Source: a virus (lineage: Duplodnaviria; Caudoviricetes). Taken from it: a DNA stretch of 33,260 nucleotides. The translations under genes were made by a program, and so were the position numbers. The notes below the pieces were generated by a model. That model was not told where the DNA came from and ran no database searches. It was given only the letters and a program-made list of their open reading frames with translations. The stretch covers positions 1 to 33,260 of the IMG/VR virus record IMGVR_UViG_3300036446_000026. One strand, given 5' to 3'. Below are positions 25,049 through 33,260 of this stretch, in pieces. The stretch's first letter is position 1. The number at the start of each line of letters is the position of its first letter.

Positions 25049-25070
25049 GCGCGGCAGTCACCCGCCGCGC
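25049..25070 (-). terminator. GNRA-loop hairpin after the capsid gene block
   Basis: Minus strand GCGCGGCGG-GTGA-CTGCCGCGC; weak U-tract, so probably a stabilising or attenuating hairpin. Confidence 0.45.
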
Positions 25071-25077
25071 AGGTTGG

Positions 25078-25611
25078 TCAGGCCTTGGTCGAGGCCTTGA
25101 CGTATTCGGCCTGCTCTTCGGCCGTCATGGCATTGAAGGCCTCGGCATCGGCCTTACTGAGCTTCTCCAGGACTTCCTTGCCGTCGGCATCCAACACGGA
25201 ATAGCTGCCGCCACCGCGGTGCTTGGCCTCGAGCTTGGTCGAGGTCGATGCCTTCGCCTTCCGCAGATCCTCGATCTCGGCGCAAGCTGCCGCGAGATCG
25301 CGGGTCAGGGCATCCTTCTCGGCGGAAAGCACGACGACCTGTCGGTCCAGGTCTTCGGCCTTCTCCCGGAGAGCGCCATAGCTCGCATCGAACCGCGCGC
25401 GCATCTCCGCCATCTCGTCGCCGCCGGCGCTCTGGCTGGACGGCAGGTCGTGAATCGGCTCGCCCTCGATCGTGAGGAACGAAAGCCGGCCCGCCTTCTC
25501 CGCCTGGCGGAGGCTGAGCTCCACGTCCACGGTCGCGCCCGGATTGATCCAGACGAGGCCCTTGGTCGTGTGGACGCCCTGACGAGCGCCCGAGTTGTTC
25601 ATGATCCGCAT
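25078..25611 (-). CDS. capsid-adjacent hypothetical protein with central coiled coil, 177 aa
   Basis: GGGAGG RBS; follows the capsid gene; small N-terminal beta domain, coiled coil and C-terminal KHRGGGSYSV module. Confidence 0.8.
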   Translation of the reverse strand: MRIMNNSGARQGVHTTKGLVWINPGATVDVELSLRQAEKAGRLSFLTIEGEPIHDLPSSQSAGGDEMAEMRARFDASYGALREKAEDLDRQVVVLSAEKDALTRDLAAACAEIEDLRKAKASTSTKLEAKHRGGGSYSVLDADGKEVLEKLSKADAEAFNAMTAEEQAEYVKASTKA

Positions 25612-25625
25612 CTGCTGCCCCTCCC

Positions 25626-26615
25626 TTAGGCCGGCGGTGCAGTGATTTCGTCGCCGTAGGCCATCGCCCCGGGCAGACGGATCTCGGTGCCACCGGTGCG
25701 CGCGATGGCGCCCTGCTCGAAGGCCATGATGGACTTCTGGCGGGGCTGCAGGACGCGCCTCGGCATCGGCAGGTGGAAGCGGATGACCTCGGGATCGCGG
25801 CGATAGACGACCATGCGGCCACCGCCGTCATTCGAAGCGGTGGCGAGCTCGCGGAGCGGCCGGATGTCGAGCGGCAGGCCGCTCTCCGACGTGTAGATGT
25901 TGTTCTTCTTGAAGAACTCTAGCAGCGTCAGGACGCCGTCGCCGGCACCTAGGCGTCGCGTGTTCAGCAGCTCGAAGGCGTCGGGCGGCAGTCGCAGGCT
26001 GTCGACCCATTCGATCTCGAGCGAGTTTCGCTTCACGCTCGACATCAGGCTGTTGATGTCGCGCAGGATCTGGTCGTTGGTCTTGTTGACCCAGAAGGTC
26101 GACGTGCCAGTGCCGTCGTTCGCGACATCGACACGGGAGACCGCCGAGCTGTTGACGAACCCCTTCCAGTTCTTCTCGGTCGAGCCCACCATCGCGATGT
26201 CGTTGAGCAGGCGCTCAATCGACTGCGAAGACGCCATCGCCTTGGTGTCCGACATCGGAATGCCGTACATCGCGGCCTGGTTGACCTCCTCGAGGTTCCA
26301 CTCCCAGCCGGCGCCGATCATGGCGAAGTCATGCGCAGCCTGGTCGCGGGTGGCCGAGCTGAACGGCAGGTCGTTGGCAGCACCCGAGATGAACTTCGCC
26401 TCTCCCGCGACGTCCACCGTGAAGAACATGGTGCCGATGGCCCACGCGTTGCCCTCGGTGATGACCGGGACGTGGAGGCCGTAATTGAACGTCGGGTAGC
26501 GCTTCGTGTAGATGCGCTGCTCGACGTTCCTCCCCTGCTGGATGACGAAGGGGAAGGCGGCCTGCGCGTCGGCGAAGGCCTGCACCCCCAGATGGGGGCG
26601 GACAATAGCATTCAT
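25626..26615 (-). CDS. major capsid protein (DUF2184 family), 329 aa
   Basis: Position after the decoration protein; G.EWNLEE...GGGRMVVYRRDPEVIRFHLPMP...RTGGTEIRLPGAMAYGD motifs. Confidence 0.92.
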   Translation of the reverse strand: MNAIVRPHLGVQAFADAQAAFPFVIQQGRNVEQRIYTKRYPTFNYGLHVPVITEGNAWAIGTMFFTVDVAGEAKFISGAANDLPFSSATRDQAAHDFAMIGAGWEWNLEEVNQAAMYGIPMSDTKAMASSQSIERLLNDIAMVGSTEKNWKGFVNSSAVSRVDVANDGTGTSTFWVNKTNDQILRDINSLMSSVKRNSLEIEWVDSLRLPPDAFELLNTRRLGAGDGVLTLLEFFKKNNIYTSESGLPLDIRPLRELATASNDGGGRMVVYRRDPEVIRFHLPMPRRVLQPRQKSIMAFEQGAIARTGGTEIRLPGAMAYGDEITAPPA

Positions 26616-26635
26616 GGCTGGTGATCCTTTCCCGA

Positions 26636-27385
26636 TCAGCGGCTCTTGAGGGAGATTTCGACGATGTCGCCGTCACCACCCGACGTGTCGAACTCCGCAT
26701 TCGGGATGCGGATGTGCGAGGTCGTGGAGGTGAAGCGCTTGGTCGCCGGATTCCAGTACACGTCGCCACCGTCGACGACCGAGGCACCGGCGGTGACGTA
26801 CATCTGGCCGTGGGTCATGAACCCGCCAGTGAAGTACTGCGGGAACCGGTCCGGAGTGGAGTTCTGCGCCGGCACCGCCGGATGCAGGACGGCGAGGCCA
26901 ATGAAGTCGACGTTCGCGGTCGGCGTCACCGCGATCGTGAAGGTCTCGCCGACGACCGGGTCGGTGCCCGCATCAGTCACCGTGAACTTCAGCCCGTTGG
27001 CGTCGTACTCGGTGTTGCCCGTAGCGACGCCGACCTGCTTGCCGTCGGGATCGATGATGGCCCACTTCGAAGCGGTGCCGGCGCCGCCAATGATGCAGCG
27101 GATCGTGTAGGTGCCAGCCTTCGCTCCACCCGAGATGACGGGTGACGCGGTGATGGTGGCCGCAGCGGGAGCCGGTACGCCGGCGGCGCCGACACCCGTG
27201 GCCGCGAAGGCGGCACCGGCAACGACACCGTGATCGCCGGCGCCGCGGAACGCCGGCTGGCCGAACTCGATGCCGGCCGCGGATTCGACCGTGCGGCTGA
27301 CGACATTGACCAGCTCGCTATTTGCGACCTGGCCCGGCAAGCCCTTCGCGGGGCGGGTACCGTAGGTGGTCTGATAGGTAGCCAT
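26636..27385 (-). CDS. head decoration/cement protein with inserted beta domain, 249 aa
   Basis: GLPGQVA...SRTVESAAGIEFG and GQMYV...GGDVY motifs; located between protease and capsid genes. Confidence 0.8.
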   Translation of the reverse strand: MATYQTTYGTRPAKGLPGQVANSELVNVVSRTVESAAGIEFGQPAFRGAGDHGVVAGAAFAATGVGAAGVPAPAAATITASPVISGGAKAGTYTIRCIIGGAGTASKWAIIDPDGKQVGVATGNTEYDANGLKFTVTDAGTDPVVGETFTIAVTPTANVDFIGLAVLHPAVPAQNSTPDRFPQYFTGGFMTHGQMYVTAGASVVDGGDVYWNPATKRFTSTTSHIRIPNAEFDTSGGDGDIVEISLKSR

Positions 27386-27399
27386 GATGGCGCCTCCCC

Positions 27400-28584
27400 T
27401 CAGTTCGCCTTCGCCGGCTGGTGCGCAGAGGTCATCTGCTGCACCATCGCGGCGTAGGCATCGGTGACGGCCTGGTCGGTCGTCGGGTTACCGCCACCGG
27501 CGGCAATAGCGTCGCGGACAGGATCCGAGCCGCCGCCGGCCTTCTTGGCCGCCTCCTCCGCCAGGATGTCGAAGCGGGCGTCGATATAGGCCTGCGGCTT
27601 GTCCTTGACCGCCGCATCGCCCAGCGCCGCCGTGACGGTCGCCTTCTTGATGTCGGCATCGGACAGGCCCTCGACCTTCACGTCCTTGGCGATCGCCTTC
27701 GCCAGGGTGATCAGGTTGGCGCGGGCCGCGACCAGCTTGTCGAGCGCCGCGGCGTCGAGCACCTTGCCCTTCAGGGCGTCGATCTCGGCGTCCTTCTTGG
27801 CGAGATCCGCATCCTTGGCGGCAAGGGCCTTAGTGTGGTCGGCCTTCAGGGTCGTCACCGTCGTCTCGTGCGCCTTCTCGAGATCGGTGAACTTGGCTGC
27901 CGACGACTTGAGGTCATTCGTCAGCTTCGTGATCGCCTGGGCGCCCGCTTCGGTCGTCGAGACCTGGAGCCCATCGACCAGCACTGTGCGCAGATCCATT
28001 GGAATGGTCCTTTCATCTGCTGTCTGGGTGGTGACGGGGCTCGCGCCCCACTTTCCCGCATCGTCTCCGATGCGAGCTCGGGAACCAGCGCGCGCCGCAT
28101 CGACGATCGCGAGGTGGTTGATCTTGATGTTCATCTGGGAGGCGTCGAACGCCTGGCCGTCAGCCGTGGTGCCGGGCGTCCAGTCCAGCTCACAGGTGTA
28201 GCCTGCGGAGAGTTGCCGCTTGCCGGTCTCGACCTGCTTGATGCCTTTGGCGTCCTTCAGGATGAGCGGCAGCAGCACCCATTCGCCGTCCTTCTTGGCC
28301 AGCGTGCTGACCTCGCCGACCGCTAGATCCTTCCAATTCTCCGCCGTGACGGCATCCTTGGGATGATCGATGGTGATCGGGGCGTGCGTGAAGGACTGCA
28401 GACTGTCGGCCGCAAATACCTGTTCCGGCGCACGATAGACCCGCACCGTCGCCAGGTCGGACCGGCCGACCTCGGCACCAGTGTAGACCTGGATGCCGGT
28501 GCGCACAGCGCGCGCCTCGGCGACCAGATAGCCGTCCTCGGTCCGGCGCGTCCCGGCGACGGTCACTGCGTCGGAAAAATTCAT
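27400..28584 (-). CDS. DUF2213 prohead protease/scaffold protein, 394 aa
   Basis: Start MNFSD after GGAG; RTGIQVY, PITIDHP, QLSAGY and NHLAIVDAARAG motifs; Ala/Lys coiled-coil C-terminus. Confidence 0.9.
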   Translation of the reverse strand: MNFSDAVTVAGTRRTEDGYLVAEARAVRTGIQVYTGAEVGRSDLATVRVYRAPEQVFAADSLQSFTHAPITIDHPKDAVTAENWKDLAVGEVSTLAKKDGEWVLLPLILKDAKGIKQVETGKRQLSAGYTCELDWTPGTTADGQAFDASQMNIKINHLAIVDAARAGSRARIGDDAGKWGASPVTTQTADERTIPMDLRTVLVDGLQVSTTEAGAQAITKLTNDLKSSAAKFTDLEKAHETTVTTLKADHTKALAAKDADLAKKDAEIDALKGKVLDAAALDKLVAARANLITLAKAIAKDVKVEGLSDADIKKATVTAALGDAAVKDKPQAYIDARFDILAEEAAKKAGGGSDPVRDAIAAGGGNPTTDQAVTDAYAAMVQQMTSAHQPAKAN

Positions 28585-28618
28585 GGTTGTAGCTCCAGAC
28601 TCGACTCCATCCCAAGCG

Positions 28619-28639
28619 TGTGTCTCAATTAGCGACACA
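28619..28639. promoter_or_regulatory. inverted repeat (operator candidate) between divergent starts
   Basis: TGTGTC-N9-GACACA in the 73-nt gap between the protease start (minus) and the Zn protein start (plus). Confidence 0.35.
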
Positions 28640-28657
28640 ACCATCGGGGAGACGAAA

Positions 28658-28897
28658 GTGGCGTATTACAAAGACCCGGAACTCGTGAGAAAGGCCGCAA
28701 CGGGCCTTGGGGCTTTCGACATCGAATACAAGCCCGGGCAGACCCCGCCTCATGCCGGCATCTATCGATGCTCAGGCTGCGGCGATGAAATCGCGTCCAA
28801 TAAAGGTGTCCAGCTACCTTCTCAGAACCACCGGCAGCACGACCAATCCCAAGGCCTTATCCGGTGGAAGCTTCTGGTCTACGCTGATCCTGGCTGA
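28658..28897 (+). CDS. antisense small zinc-binding protein ('protein L'/YjzC-like), 79 aa
   Basis: GGGGAG RBS and GTG start; PGQTPPHAGIYRCSGCGDEI...LPSQNHRQH...IRWKLLV motif; less GC-biased codons than the flanking genes. Confidence 0.8.
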   Translation: MAYYKDPELVRKAATGLGAFDIEYKPGQTPPHAGIYRCSGCGDEIASNKGVQLPSQNHRQHDQSQGLIRWKLLVYADPG

Positions 28898-30762
28898 TCA
28901 GTGCGCTTCGTTTCCTCCAGCGCATTCTGCCAATCCTCTTTGACCTCTTCGACTATCTCCGGCCCCAGCTCGATCTTGCCGCGGTAGGGCTCGACGTTCT
29001 CGAAGTCGAGACCGGTGGCCTTGTACGAGATCGTGATGTGCGGCTGATATTCCGGGTGATCCCACGATGCGCCGGCTTCACGGATCGCCAGATGGCGCCA
29101 CTGCAGGTCGGACGAGGAGAACAGCAGGACCGTGGCCTCGCCGAAGCGCTCCATCATGCGCGGCCCGCCAGGATCGACAGTCAGCTTCCCCTTGGCGTCG
29201 CCGAACGACCAGGCCTCGCCGACCTTCATCCAGTCGATCGGCGTCCGGCTGAAGGCGATGGTGACGTGCAGGTCCTCGGCCGGCAGCGTGGTCGTGAAGC
29301 CCTGCCCTTTGGCCCAAGCAACGATCTCGTCGCCGTTGAGGACGTCGCGTCGGACGTAGAGCGTGCGAGGTGCCGCATCCGCCGTCTGCTCGCGCGAGCC
29401 CAGTGCCGCCTCTTCTTCTTCCTCGTCCGGCTCTTCGACCGCGAGACCATATTTCTTGATCGCTGCCTCCAGGCCGGAGAGCGAGCCGTCTTCGATCAGT
29501 TCGTTGGCGAGTGCCTCGCCCACCACCTCGACCGGCATCAGCGCCGGTGACGTGCCGCCGGCGCCAACGATCTGCCGTGCAGCTTCGACCTTCGCCTTGA
29601 AGATCTCCGCCTCTTCCTTCTTCGACATCTGCTCGAGAGGAGACCAGGTGTAATAGATGCCGGCCGGGCGCGAGCCCAAGGCGGACCGAATCGTGACCTC
29701 GTCGAGGCGGTTGATTGCTGGTTGCAGTTCGTTGGTCTGACGAGCCCCGATGTTGTCGTGGTAGTTCTTGAGGTCACCGTCACCGGTGCTGTTCAGACCG
29801 CCAGGGCTCTCTCCGAGCAGGCGGGTGATCGGAATGTCCGCCGCGGCCGAGGCGATCTGCAAGAACTGGCGGATGAGTTCTGGCAGCTGCGCGAAGCTGA
29901 GCTGCTTCTGCTCCCAGCGCTCGCCGCCATCGTTCGGCCCATTCCCGCCGGTACCCTGTAACAGCACCATGTTGAACATCGACTTGATCGTGTTCGCATA
30001 GGTGAAGCGGTCGGTCAGCTGCTTCGTCGTCGTCGCATTCTGCAGGTAGTCGGAGAGGTTCGGGATGTAGATCACATCCGTCTTCGCCTCCGGGATCATC
30101 GACGCCGTGTGCTGCTGTGAGGAAGCGGCGTTCTGGATCGCGTCGTAGACCACCTGCAGGATGCTGTCGCCCCAGCCATCGTCTGCCGCCTGGGTCGTAT
30201 CGAGGATGTCCGCCCCGACGAAGCGGATGAAGCGCGAGGGATGGATGCGCACCGGCTCCAGGTTCTGGCTGCCGCCGGCATTGATCTCGTAGTAGCTCGG
30301 CTGGTTGAACCATTCGCTCCTGATGTCGCGGATGCGCTCGCCCGTGGTCACCTCGAGCCGCGTCAGCACGTGCACGTACTGGAGATCGCCCTTGCTGACG
30401 CGCTCGATGTCGAGCGGTTCCGACGGCTTGTTGTCCTTCATCCCGAGGTACAGGCCGGCACCGCCCAGCAGCCGCGCCTTGCGCAGCGCTTCGTTCAGCT
30501 TCACCTGAATATTGATCTGGGGCAGCTTCTCCACCGCCTCGATCTTCTCGATCTGATCCTGCTCGGCCTGCCAGTCCCGCCAGGCGCGGGTCATGTCGTT
30601 CGGGATGATGTCGACGATCTTCCGCGCCAGCCAATCCGACCGGTGCATCGCATTCAGCTCGGCGGCGTCGACGATCCGGAGGCCGAAGACCTGGCTGGCG
30701 GACTTGTCCTTCGCACCACCCAGGCCGGTGACCAGGCTACGGAGGGTGTCGAGAAGCCTCAT
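28879..30762 (-). CDS. portal protein (DUF1073/HI1409 type) fused to a C-terminal Acb1-like 2H phosphoesterase, 627 aa
   Basis: Portal motifs WLARKIVDIIPNDMTR, RIHPSR, WGDSILQ and AADIPITRLLGESPGGLNSTGDGDLKNY; acidic linker; then LHVTIAFSR and YQPHITISY (two HxT motifs). Confidence 0.9.
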   Translation of the reverse strand: MRLLDTLRSLVTGLGGAKDKSASQVFGLRIVDAAELNAMHRSDWLARKIVDIIPNDMTRAWRDWQAEQDQIEKIEAVEKLPQINIQVKLNEALRKARLLGGAGLYLGMKDNKPSEPLDIERVSKGDLQYVHVLTRLEVTTGERIRDIRSEWFNQPSYYEINAGGSQNLEPVRIHPSRFIRFVGADILDTTQAADDGWGDSILQVVYDAIQNAASSQQHTASMIPEAKTDVIYIPNLSDYLQNATTTKQLTDRFTYANTIKSMFNMVLLQGTGGNGPNDGGERWEQKQLSFAQLPELIRQFLQIASAAADIPITRLLGESPGGLNSTGDGDLKNYHDNIGARQTNELQPAINRLDEVTIRSALGSRPAGIYYTWSPLEQMSKKEEAEIFKAKVEAARQIVGAGGTSPALMPVEVVGEALANELIEDGSLSGLEAAIKKYGLAVEEPDEEEEEAALGSREQTADAAPRTLYVRRDVLNGDEIVAWAKGQGFTTTLPAEDLHVTIAFSRTPIDWMKVGEAWSFGDAKGKLTVDPGGPRMMERFGEATVLLFSSSDLQWRHLAIREAGASWDHPEYQPHITISYKATGLDFENVEPYRGKIELGPEIVEEVKEDWQNALEETKRTDQPGSA

Positions 30763-30777
30763 TCCGCGTCGCCCTTC

Positions 30778-32181
30778 CTACTCAACCACGTCCAGCATGC
30801 CGTAGCTGAACCCGCCCAGGAGCGCGTTGAAGGCGCGGCTCGTGCTATCGGCGTCGTCGTCGTGCGTGGCGTCTGGAAAGCCCTCAAGCGATGAGAACCA
30901 ATCCTCGTTCCACGGCCCTCGAAGCACCAGAACGTTGCCGGCCTCAGCCTGCGCACTGAACGGGCTGAAGCGCGTGACCTTGTCGCCCGATTCCGGCGTC
31001 GCCTTCACGCTGTAGCCCACCAGCAATTTGATCAGGCTCTCCACCTGGCTCTTGCCTGCCTGGCCCGGATCCTGCGGGATCGAGATCTTTACGGCCTTGC
31101 CGTCGGCCGTGGCCGTGTTCTTGATCAGCGCTTCGACCCCCGAGGGTGACTTCCGATCGCGGACGTGATGGGCCACGATGTAGCGGCCGTCCGGAAGCTT
31201 CCCGATCTTCGTCCCGGCGGTCCAATCGGGATCGTTGCTCTCGGTCTTGGGCGTGGCACCCAAGTCCCAACCGCGCATCCACTTCGCGCCGGCGGGGATC
31301 GCATCGACGACTGAGCACCAGCCGCGCTGGAACATCAGCCCCGCCGCCGGCCGGATCTTCCAGTTGCCACCCAGGAGGCGCTCCCGCTCCACCGTCGGCA
31401 GCGCCATCAGGTTGGCGAGGTAGCCGGGATCGGCGGCCATCAGCGCCTTGTTGTCGCTAAGCTTGGCCGGGATGAACGTCACCGACTTCGGCGGGATCGG
31501 ACGCTCGACGCCGTTTTCGTCGGCCGCGGTGTAGCTCGCCAGCTCCTCGGGGTGGTCTGCCCAGATGATCTTGTCGCCGATACGGACGAACCACCGTAGT
31601 ACGCCGGATCGCTCCGGGATGGCGAAGCCGGTTTCCTGATCGATCCACCACGCGATGAACTCGGCAACCCAGCTGTCGGCGTCGGGATTGCAGGTCGCCC
31701 GCACGTAGGGACGGACACCGCACATCGATCGATTGCGGCTCAGCAGGTACCAGAACTGCTTGGCCGTGAAGTGGGTCAACTCGTCGAAGCAGATCAGCGG
31801 GATCTGCGCGCCCTGCCAGTTCAGGACGGTCTTTTCGTGTTCCAGGTGGGCGAAACTGACCGAAGCACCGATCGGGAAGGTCCACGACAGGTCCGGCGCC
31901 ACCCGCGGCGTCGCCTTCAGGTCTGGATAGAGCTTCTCCGATTCGTCCCAGAGACCGCCCTCATTGCGGACTTGAACCAAGGTCCTGCGGAAGAAGACGG
32001 CACCGAAGTCCTTGTTGTTGACGTGGCGCAGCGGCTCCATGAGGAGCGCCCAGGTCTTTCCACCACCGGCGCTGCCGCCGTAGATCGCGATGTCGGCCGG
32101 GCTGGCCAGGAACCGCGTCTGCGGGCCCGCCTGGGGACGGACGAACTTGGGGCTGGCCTGCCCGCCCTCATTCCCTTCCAT
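30778..32181 (-). CDS. terL: terminase large subunit, 467 aa
   Basis: Walker A YGGSAGGGKT, Walker B LICFDE, ATCNP coupling motif, nuclease WDLG and HDDDADS. Confidence 0.95.
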   Translation of the reverse strand: MEGNEGGQASPKFVRPQAGPQTRFLASPADIAIYGGSAGGGKTWALLMEPLRHVNNKDFGAVFFRRTLVQVRNEGGLWDESEKLYPDLKATPRVAPDLSWTFPIGASVSFAHLEHEKTVLNWQGAQIPLICFDELTHFTAKQFWYLLSRNRSMCGVRPYVRATCNPDADSWVAEFIAWWIDQETGFAIPERSGVLRWFVRIGDKIIWADHPEELASYTAADENGVERPIPPKSVTFIPAKLSDNKALMAADPGYLANLMALPTVERERLLGGNWKIRPAAGLMFQRGWCSVVDAIPAGAKWMRGWDLGATPKTESNDPDWTAGTKIGKLPDGRYIVAHHVRDRKSPSGVEALIKNTATADGKAVKISIPQDPGQAGKSQVESLIKLLVGYSVKATPESGDKVTRFSPFSAQAEAGNVLVLRGPWNEDWFSSLEGFPDATHDDDADSTSRAFNALLGGFSYGMLDVVE

Positions 32182-32644
32182 TGTCCGGCAACTGGAAGAT
32201 CGTCACCGGCGCGACCGGCGCCGGGAGGGGCTTGCCATCCTTGCCAGTGTGCTCGACCCGACGGCGATCGGTGTAGTGGTCGCCCATCTCCTTGGCTGCT
32301 TGCTCGAGGAGCTGGGCAACCATGGCGGAGTTCCCGCGCTGCTCGTTCAAGTCGATCTGGCGCTGAAGCTTCCGCATCCGGACCGCCCGATGGGCGACCC
32401 CGATCTGGGCCGTGTTCTCCAGAAAGTCTTTCCGGGCCTGATCGAACAACGCCCGCCACTTCTTCGCGGCGTTACGGCCGGCACGTTTCGTGGGGTCGTA
32501 GCACTCGATCGATTGCGGTTTGAGTTCGACGTTGAACTCGGCCTTCAGCGCCTTGGCGACCTCATGCGGGGTATCGAAGCAAGCCAGAGCCGTGACCACG
32601 AAGACCTTCTGCTCGTTGCTGAGCTTGTTCATCGGGGGAGGCAT
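32168..32644 (-). CDS. terS: terminase small subunit (DUF2280), 158 aa
   Basis: FVVTALACFDTP...YDPTK...LLEQAAKEMG...EHTGKDG motifs; directly upstream of TerL. Confidence 0.85.
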   Translation of the reverse strand: MPPPMNKLSNEQKVFVVTALACFDTPHEVAKALKAEFNVELKPQSIECYDPTKRAGRNAAKKWRALFDQARKDFLENTAQIGVAHRAVRMRKLQRQIDLNEQRGNSAMVAQLLEQAAKEMGDHYTDRRRVEHTGKDGKPLPAPVAPVTIFQLPDNGRE

Positions 32645-32645
32645 G

Positions 32646-33260
32646 CTATGCGGCCCTCAGCATGCAGGTCCCGCAGGCCTGGGCGATTTTGACGGCGGAG
32701 ATGGTCGGTCCCTCTTTCGCGGCAGCGACCATGGCCTCGACGTGCGTGGCACCGGCACCGTAGCGGCGGACGACGCCGACAAACTCCTCGACATCGTGGC
32801 CACGCATGGCGAAGGCCGGCGAACCGTCCTTCCGGAACTTGGGGGCGCCGAACGCGTCTTGCTCCTGTCCGCAGTGGTAGAGCTCATGCTCGACCAGCGC
32901 CATGAACTCGGCATCGCTGCATTCGGCGCAGTACTCGGCGTCGAACGTCAGCAGGAATATGGGCGGGTACGTGAACCAGGCCGTCAGCTGCATCTCGATG
33001 CGACAGCGGAGCCACTTCCCCGCCGGTGGCAAGCCGATCTCAGCTTGGCCGACAACACGACGACCATGCCGACCGTTCGTTACGTTCGTCCAGAGCGCAC
33101 CTATCGTCGCGAATGCCAGGTGCTGGTGATCCTCATTCCTGAGGGTGGCACCGTCGTCGATGAACGTCGTCCGGGCCCAGGAGATAATCTCGGGCGCGGG
33201 CACGAAAAGCGGATCGGCCATTGGCCCGATCAGATCGGCAGGCGGCTGCGGTCGCTGCAT
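32646..33260 (-). CDS. putative phage metallopeptidase, 204 aa
   Basis: ALVEHELYH (HExxH) and HDVEEFVGVVRRYG motifs; the ATG is at the window edge. Confidence 0.85.
   Translation of the reverse strand: MQRPQPPADLIGPMADPLFVPAPEIISWARTTFIDDGATLRNEDHQHLAFATIGALWTNVTNGRHGRRVVGQAEIGLPPAGKWLRCRIEMQLTAWFTYPPIFLLTFDAEYCAECSDAEFMALVEHELYHCGQEQDAFGAPKFRKDGSPAFAMRGHDVEEFVGVVRRYGAGATHVEAMVAAAKEGPTISAVKIAQACGTCMLRAA

Larger units (their letters stand above)
324..33260. mobile_element. siphovirus-type prophage (late region plus accessory region); both ends lie outside the window or are undefined
   Basis: Complete, ordered packaging-head-neck-tail-lysis module with no visible disruption; no sheath gene; no integrase or att site seen. 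Confidence 0.9.

Noticed and set aside
30778-32181. Intein or intron in the terminase
   Set aside because: Normal length, continuous motifs and no splice-junction signatures.
1-33260. CRISPR array, tRNA/rRNA, IS element, integrase/att site, contractile sheath or gene transfer agent
   Set aside because: No regularly spaced repeats, RNA gene signatures, transposase, integrase or sheath motifs were seen; the long tape measure and DUF2184/DUF2213 head differ from RcGTA-type clusters.

Overview
This GC-rich window holds the complete late (virion) region of a siphovirus-type prophage, most likely of an alphaproteobacterium. The late region reads right-to-left on the minus strand from 33260 to about 5000. 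Its order is: HExxH metallopeptidase, TerS, TerL, portal, DUF2213 protease/scaffold, decoration protein, DUF2184 capsid, neck and MuF genes, tail tube, frameshifted tail chaperones, 1597-aa tape measure, tail tip and fibres, and a lysis cassette with a DUF3380 muramidase. To the left lie an accessory island (about 3100-4950) of small genes and anti-Shine-Dalgarno stem-loop RNAs, and a plus-strand operon (324-3111) with a clear sigma70 promoter, a DUF4942/N6-adenine methyltransferase fusion and an HTH protein. The most notable feature is the portal, which carries a C-terminal 2H phosphoesterase (two HxT motifs) resembling the anti-CBASS nuclease Acb1. It is joined by an acidic linker ending in an Asp-Ala motif that recurs near the N-termini of the capsid and protease, so the head protease may release it. 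Other highlights are two antisense moron-like genes inside the late operon, a suhB/MmgR-like sRNA with two related elements, and a leaderless 28-aa membrane peptide. No integrase, att site, CRISPR array, tRNA or rRNA was seen. All family assignments come from motif recognition by eye, not from database searches.
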